DNA of 28,712 nucleotides. Origin: a virus. Taxonomy: Duplodnaviria; Caudoviricetes. Below, piece after piece: positions 24,136 through 28,712 of this stretch. The notes beneath the pieces are model-generated. The model ran no database searches. It worked only from the letters and a program-made list of their open reading frames with translations, and was not told the origin of the DNA. Every line of letters starts with the position of its first letter. Position 1 is the stretch's first letter. Both the position numbers and the translations under genes were made by a program. The DNA lies in the IMG/VR virus record IMGVR_UViG_3300025141_000549, positions 1 to 28,712 of that record; one strand, given 5' to 3'.

Positions 24136-24202
24136 GCCAGGTGCGACACCTGGCAACCTTATCAGACAAGTCCTGGGCGCCCCAGGCAGGGTGCGACACC
24201 CT
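24136..24202 (+). promoter_or_regulatory. Triple hairpin leader upstream of the scaffold gene
   Basis: GCCAGGTG-CGA-CACCTGGC (24136-24154), CCTGGG-CGC-CCCAGG (24172-24186), AGGGTG-CGA-CACCCT (24188-24202). Confidence 0.65.
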
Positions 24203-24223
24203 AAAGACGGGGGGATATTTAGA

Positions 24224-24961
24224 ATGGCACTACCACTTGAAATTTCAGCGCTTGAAGATGTTGACGAATCCCTGCGAGAACACTATGAAGAAGCAGGGGA
24301 CGGTTTCCGGTTATCAGGCATACCAGACACGTCCACCCTGGAAGGAACCCTGAAGAAGGAAAGGGATGCCAGGAAGGACCTGGAAAAGTCACTGAAGCAA
24401 TTTGACGGGGTTGACCTGGAAGACTACCAGAAACTGTCAGCAGAAGCCAAGGCACGGGAGAACAAGAAGCTGCTGGATGCTGGGAAAGTGGATGAACTAC
24501 TGGAACAGCAGAAGACCCAGTTGACTTCAACATGGGATAAAGAACGGGACACGCTGACAGTAGAGCGGGACACGCTGTCAGTCCAGGTCAAAGACCTTCT
24601 GGTGAACGATAAGCTGAAGGCTACGGCCCTGGGAATGTCTGCCCATGAAAGTGCCCTGGACGACATCATTAAACGGGCTGACGGCTGGACGATTCAGGAA
24701 GGCCAACCAGTCCTTCTGGACCAGGAGAATGCCCCAGTATTAAAGAACGGGGTCAGGATAACCATGGACCAGTGGGTGGAAGACTTGCAGGTGGTAGCGC
24801 CACATCTATTCAAACAATCAAATGGTGGTGGCGCCCAGCCTGGGTCTGGAAACGGACAAGGCGGTGGAACTGGTAGGAAGCGTTCTGATATGTCCATTGC
24901 ACAGAAAACAGTGTACATAGAAGAACACGGCCAGGAAGCATATGGGAAGCTGCCCCAGTAA
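24224..24961 (+). CDS. Capsid scaffolding protein
   Basis: ATG 24224 after GGGGGGA. Coiled-coil, APHLFKQSNGGGA, Gly-rich linker, C-terminal RSDMSIAQK..YIEEHGQEAYGKLP; precedes the MCP. Confidence 0.85.
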   Translation: MALPLEISALEDVDESLREHYEEAGDGFRLSGIPDTSTLEGTLKKERDARKDLEKSLKQFDGVDLEDYQKLSAEAKARENKKLLDAGKVDELLEQQKTQLTSTWDKERDTLTVERDTLSVQVKDLLVNDKLKATALGMSAHESALDDIIKRADGWTIQEGQPVLLDQENAPVLKNGVRITMDQWVEDLQVVAPHLFKQSNGGGAQPGSGNGQGGGTGRKRSDMSIAQKTVYIEEHGQEAYGKLPQ

Positions 24962-24979
24962 AACGGGAGCAGTTGAATC

Positions 24980-25948
24980 ATGGCAATCGGAACCAGTGCA
25001 AATGTCCAGATAGAAAATGAATTTGTCCATGCTGGATGGACGGAAGTGGTAGCAGGCACCATTGACGGCTTCAACCAGGCATCCAATGGCGCCATCAGAT
25101 TCATAACTGAAGATGCGGTGGGTGACTATCAACGGGAAGACTTCTTTGGGGAAATCGCCACCCTGGTGGAACACAGGGACCCAACAGCGGTGTCAGCCCA
25201 GACAGCGGTGCCACTGACTGAACTGCGTAAGTCGGCGGTAAGAGTCCCCAGGCGCCTGAAGCTGGTTCAGAACACCCTGGACAGTTTCAAGAAGCTGGGC
25301 ATGTCGGAAAACGAATTTAACTTCGCACTTGGGCAGCAGTTGGCAGCTTCCAGCATGCAGAATATGTTGGACACGGCCATCCTGTGTCTGGACGCAGCGC
25401 TTGACGGCCAGACCACCCAGGAACATGACGCCACGGCGGGAACCATCAACATTGAAGACCTGGTTGATGGCCTGAACAAAATGGGTGACCAGTCCAGTGA
25501 CATAATCCAGTGGATTATGCACAGCAAGGCTGCCCATGACCTGATGAAGGACCACATCACAAACGCCATAGACGGTCCTGCCAACATGGTCATCATGAAC
25601 GGCAGCAACGCCAGCCTGGGGCGCCCCATTCTTCAGCGGGACGCCAGCGCTCTGTTCAGGGATGCGACCACGGACAACTACGTGACCCTGGGACTGACGG
25701 CCAATGCGGCGGTGGTTCAGCTTCTGTCACCCCCAAAAGTCCTGTCCAAACTGGTTGAAGGGCTGGACAATATCGTGATGTCCTACCAGGCAGAATGGGA
25801 CTTCATGCTGTCCCTGCGTGGTTTCACCTGGGACGAAACAAACGGCGGTGCTGCTCCAACTGATGCTACCCTGTCCACCAGTACAAACTGGGACAAGATA
25901 GCCACAGACGCACAGAATCTTGCTGGGTGCCACATCATTTCATTGTAG
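24980..25948 (+). CDS. Major capsid protein
   Basis: 322 aa after the scaffold. FNQASNGAI...GDY, WIMHSKAAHDL, LGRPIL..D, GFTWD..NGGAAPTDATL....NWDK. Confidence 0.9.
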   Translation: MAIGTSANVQIENEFVHAGWTEVVAGTIDGFNQASNGAIRFITEDAVGDYQREDFFGEIATLVEHRDPTAVSAQTAVPLTELRKSAVRVPRRLKLVQNTLDSFKKLGMSENEFNFALGQQLAASSMQNMLDTAILCLDAALDGQTTQEHDATAGTINIEDLVDGLNKMGDQSSDIIQWIMHSKAAHDLMKDHITNAIDGPANMVIMNGSNASLGRPILQRDASALFRDATTDNYVTLGLTANAAVVQLLSPPKVLSKLVEGLDNIVMSYQAEWDFMLSLRGFTWDETNGGAAPTDATLSTSTNWDKIATDAQNLAGCHIISL

Positions 25949-25951
25949 GCT

Positions 25952-26078
25952 ATAAGGAAGCGCACATGGCCTGCAGTGAATGATATGACGGGGAATGCAG
26001 GGGGTGTTCTGTGGTTTGCCCCCATTCCCCAGGGCACCCCTGCCCCCCGTCAATCCTATCCATAAGGAAGCGCACATG
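25952..26078 (+). promoter_or_regulatory. Duplicated RBS+ATG flanking a 5-codon uORF and a long hairpin
   Basis: ATAAGGAAGCGCACATG at 25952-25968 and 26062-26078; uORF MACSE* at 25966-25983; hairpin 25986-26052. Confidence 0.7.
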
Positions 26079-26558
26079 AAGGTCATTGTTTACAGAACCA
26101 ACAGGGACCAGGACCAGGATTTTGAAGACGAAGTCAGACTTGAACTGGAAGCCCAATTCCCTGCTGCCAAGGTTAGGGTCTGTAACCCTAAATATTTCAC
26201 TGAATCCACCATGGAAGCGGCTGACCTGGTTTATGTGAAGCCCGCTATTGTGTCGGTCAGGAATGCTTATGTGGCAGCAGGCATAGAAGTCAGGACAGAT
26301 GGGGCCAATGCTGGCCCAGTGGTGATTCCCCTGTCCCCAGAACTGGATCCAGATGAAGAAGTGGTCTTATTTCAGGACCCATATGAAGAAGACATCAACA
26401 GGCTGGTGGCCAAGACCACCAAGGGCCTGAAGGACGCCCTGTCCAGGGTTTTTGACGTGGACCTGATACGGGCCACCATAGAAGCTGAGAAGGCAGGACG
26501 GGCCAGGAAGTCCTGCCTGGAAGTCTACGCAGCCAAACTGGCCACCCTGGGAGAATAG
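26076..26558 (+). CDS. Hypothetical protein after the MCP
   Basis: ATG 26076 after TAAGGA; C-terminal helical motif IEAEKAGRARKS. Confidence 0.7.
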   Translation: MKVIVYRTNRDQDQDFEDEVRLELEAQFPAAKVRVCNPKYFTESTMEAADLVYVKPAIVSVRNAYVAAGIEVRTDGANAGPVVIPLSPELDPDEEVVLFQDPYEEDINRLVAKTTKGLKDALSRVFDVDLIRATIEAEKAGRARKSCLEVYAAKLATLGE

Positions 26559-26561
26559 ACC

Positions 26562-27110
26562 ATGGCACTTGGTTCACAATACGCTGACCTGGACGCCACG
26601 GCAGGCGCAGCCAGCGCCAATTCTTATTGCACAGTGGCAGAAGCCGATGACTACCATGATGGCATGGTGTCCACACACAACACAGACTGGACTGGCGCAG
26701 CCACCGATGAACTTAAAGAAGATGCACTGATGTGGGCCACTTGGCTTCTGGATGCCTGGGTGACCTGGACGGGTGACAAGGCAGACGTCACATTCACGTC
26801 AGGAATCCCAGACCAGCCACTGGCATGGCCCAGGTCCAATGTGATAGGTCCAGAAGGTGAGCAGTGGAGCGCCACGGCCATTCCAGTGTGGCTGAAGATG
26901 GCCACGGCTGAACTGGCCAGAAATCTTTTAGCCAAAGACCTGACGAAGGAACCACTACGGGGAATCAACAGCCTGCAGGTGGGTTCCATCCAGATTGATT
27001 TTGACACCATGAAGTCCAAACGGGTCCTTCTTAAATCGGTCAAGGCATTCATTAGGAACTTCGGGACAGTGGAAGAATCCAAATTTGGGCGGTCAGTCGT
27101 AAGGGTGTAA
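26562..27110 (+). CDS. Head-tail adaptor (DnaT-like family)
   Basis: ANSYCTVAEADDY, KEDALMWAT, QPLAWPR, IPVWLKMATAELA. Confidence 0.8.
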   Translation: MALGSQYADLDATAGAASANSYCTVAEADDYHDGMVSTHNTDWTGAATDELKEDALMWATWLLDAWVTWTGDKADVTFTSGIPDQPLAWPRSNVIGPEGEQWSATAIPVWLKMATAELARNLLAKDLTKEPLRGINSLQVGSIQIDFDTMKSKRVLLKSVKAFIRNFGTVEESKFGRSVVRV

Positions 27111-27111
27111 A

Positions 27112-27513
27112 ATGTCGATAGCCACAGACGTCCAGGATATTCTACAGGAAGTGTTTCAAGACACCCTGCAGGACACCAGCCTGACTACGGACACCAGGGA
27201 CATCCTGCAGGAAATATTTAATGACACCCTGGTGGGTGAAGGCATAGCCCAGGTGATGACCTACCATTCTGTGGATGTGGGCCAGACCTATGACCCAGAA
27301 TCAGGTGACTACACAGCAGACACGGGAAGCGCTGCGACATATACGGCCCCAGGATTAAACGGTATAACCCAGGTGATGACCTACCACAGCGCATATATTT
27401 GGGCCAATGAAACCTATGACCCAAAAACAGGCCAATATACGTCCAGCCCAGGTGACGGCGCCCTGTGGTTTAATGATGAAGACAACAGCCACTGGGTAGG
27501 ATGGGGATTGTAG
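27112..27513 (+). CDS. Head-closure N-terminal-like protein with internal duplications
   Basis: Two copies of DILQE.F.DTL and two copies of GI.QVMTYHS...TYDP..G.YT. Confidence 0.55.
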   Translation: MSIATDVQDILQEVFQDTLQDTSLTTDTRDILQEIFNDTLVGEGIAQVMTYHSVDVGQTYDPESGDYTADTGSAATYTAPGLNGITQVMTYHSAYIWANETYDPKTGQYTSSPGDGALWFNDEDNSHWVGWGL

Positions 27514-27514
27514 C

Positions 27515-27787
27515 ATGGCAACAGTGAACACCACCACGGCCACCATCAATGCTGTCCTTCTCGCCAGGGGGTCTGTGGGCATATCTTCTGAGCAGCCAGA
27601 ACCACCTGGTGGCAATGCGGACACTGAGAAACAGATTGTGATACCAGGAAATGAACTGACAGGTGCCAGCATCACACCCAAACTGGATGACTTCATTGTG
27701 GATGCTGACAGTAACACCTGGCTGGTCACGGGCATCAGCATTGACCCCATGAACGCAGCGTGGACCCTTCAGGTTAGGAAGGTATAG
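27515..27787 (+). CDS. Head-closure/stopper-like protein (C-terminal beta part)
   Basis: ITPKLDDFIVD...WLVTGISIDP..AAWTLQVRK; lies between the adaptor and neck genes. Confidence 0.6.
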   Translation: MATVNTTTATINAVLLARGSVGISSEQPEPPGGNADTEKQIVIPGNELTGASITPKLDDFIVDADSNTWLVTGISIDPMNAAWTLQVRKV

Positions 27788-28251
27788 TGGCCAGCAAGAA
27801 GTCAGCGGCACTTGACATTGAAACCACCAAGTGGGTGGCCTGGGTCAACACGTTTGTGGCTAAGAATGCCCAGCTACAAAGCCAGGTGCTACGCAGAACA
27901 GCGTTTGAAGCGCTTGTCAGGATAACCAAAAGGACGAAGGTGGACACAGGCAGGGCCAGGGCTGGCTGGCTGGTGTCTTCTGGAACATTCAATGTCCCAG
28001 TGTCGATTCAGGGTAAAAACGTCACACAGGAGGCCATAGAGCATGGCAGGGCTGAAGGTGGCGTGAAGCAGGATGTGGCTGGGGACGTCAAGCAGGTGGT
28101 CATCAGCAACGGGGTCCCATACATAGTCCACCTGGAATATAGTGCAGACGGCGCCATGGTCAGGCCCACCCTGCGGGAATTGCATGAATCAAAACTGTTT
28201 ACTGGACCCATAAAGGCTGCCATAATAGTTGCAGCAGGCAGGTCATTCTGA
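27787..28251 (+). CDS. Neck/tail-completion protein (HK97 gp10-like)
   Basis: TKVDTGRARAGW, ISNGVPYIVHLEY, GAMVR. Confidence 0.8.
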   Translation: MASKKSAALDIETTKWVAWVNTFVAKNAQLQSQVLRRTAFEALVRITKRTKVDTGRARAGWLVSSGTFNVPVSIQGKNVTQEAIEHGRAEGGVKQDVAGDVKQVVISNGVPYIVHLEYSADGAMVRPTLRELHESKLFTGPIKAAIIVAAGRSF

Positions 28252-28691
28252 TGGCCACTGACGATTTCAAAAACTTCAGGATTTCATTCTGGAACAGGGT
28301 ACACGCCCAACTGGCAGGGTCCTATTCTGTGAAATACGAAGGGCTGGACTTTGATACTGATGCCCAGACCCAGTGGATGGAGCCAAACATCCTGAATGGG
28401 AACAGCTTGTCCAGGCGGGCCAGCACCAGGAATGAATCATGGCTGTGCCAGGTGGACATCTACAGTAAGACGGGACGCAACCAGGCCACGCCAGTGTCCA
28501 TCTGGGACCTGGTGGGAGCGGTTAGGGATGCATTTGACCAGGTCACCTTCGCCCTGCAGGACTGGGATGGCACGGGTGACCCCACTGTTGGGTATGTCAT
28601 TTGTGGGCCTATGGATGCCCAGCCACTACAGACAAATGATGACCACCTGATGCGGGTGGTGTGTACTTTCAACTGTCGCATCAATGCTTAA
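28251..28691 (+). CDS. Tail terminator protein
   Basis: Size and position after the neck gene; VKYEGLDFD...W...CQVDIY pattern. Confidence 0.65.
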   Translation: MATDDFKNFRISFWNRVHAQLAGSYSVKYEGLDFDTDAQTQWMEPNILNGNSLSRRASTRNESWLCQVDIYSKTGRNQATPVSIWDLVGAVRDAFDQVTFALQDWDGTGDPTVGYVICGPMDAQPLQTNDDHLMRVVCTFNCRINA

Positions 28692-28712
28692 TGGGGGCAG
28701 GACAGGGGTGCC

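Overview
This window is most of a tailed, siphovirus-like bacteriophage genome from an unknown host. It starts in the distal tail genes and ends at the tail terminator; the major tail and tape-measure genes are not in the window. Order: tail/tail-fibre genes (1-5264); an intact single-domain CheY-like response regulator coupled to two holin-like membrane genes (5261-6432); a leftward early operon (6429-10911) with a DUF5675-like peptidase, a RecT-like recombinase and an array of small genes joined by exact repeats; a divergent promoter pair; an XRE regulator; a replication initiator with iterons; a C5 DNA methyltransferase with a nested alternative-frame ORF and a downstream PD-(D/E)XK-like nuclease; terminase; portal; a long MuF protein carrying two tandem HExxH metallopeptidase domains followed by two small candidate immunity genes; three glycosyltransferases; scaffold; major capsid; head-tail genes. 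No integrase, tRNA, rRNA or CRISPR array was seen. The strongest candidates for new biology are the MuF double-protease module with its GT cluster, the receiver domain in the lysis cassette, the repeat-joined gene-cassette array beside RecT, and the duplicated-RBS/uORF/hairpin element after the capsid gene. All family calls are by eye from motifs; no database searches were run.
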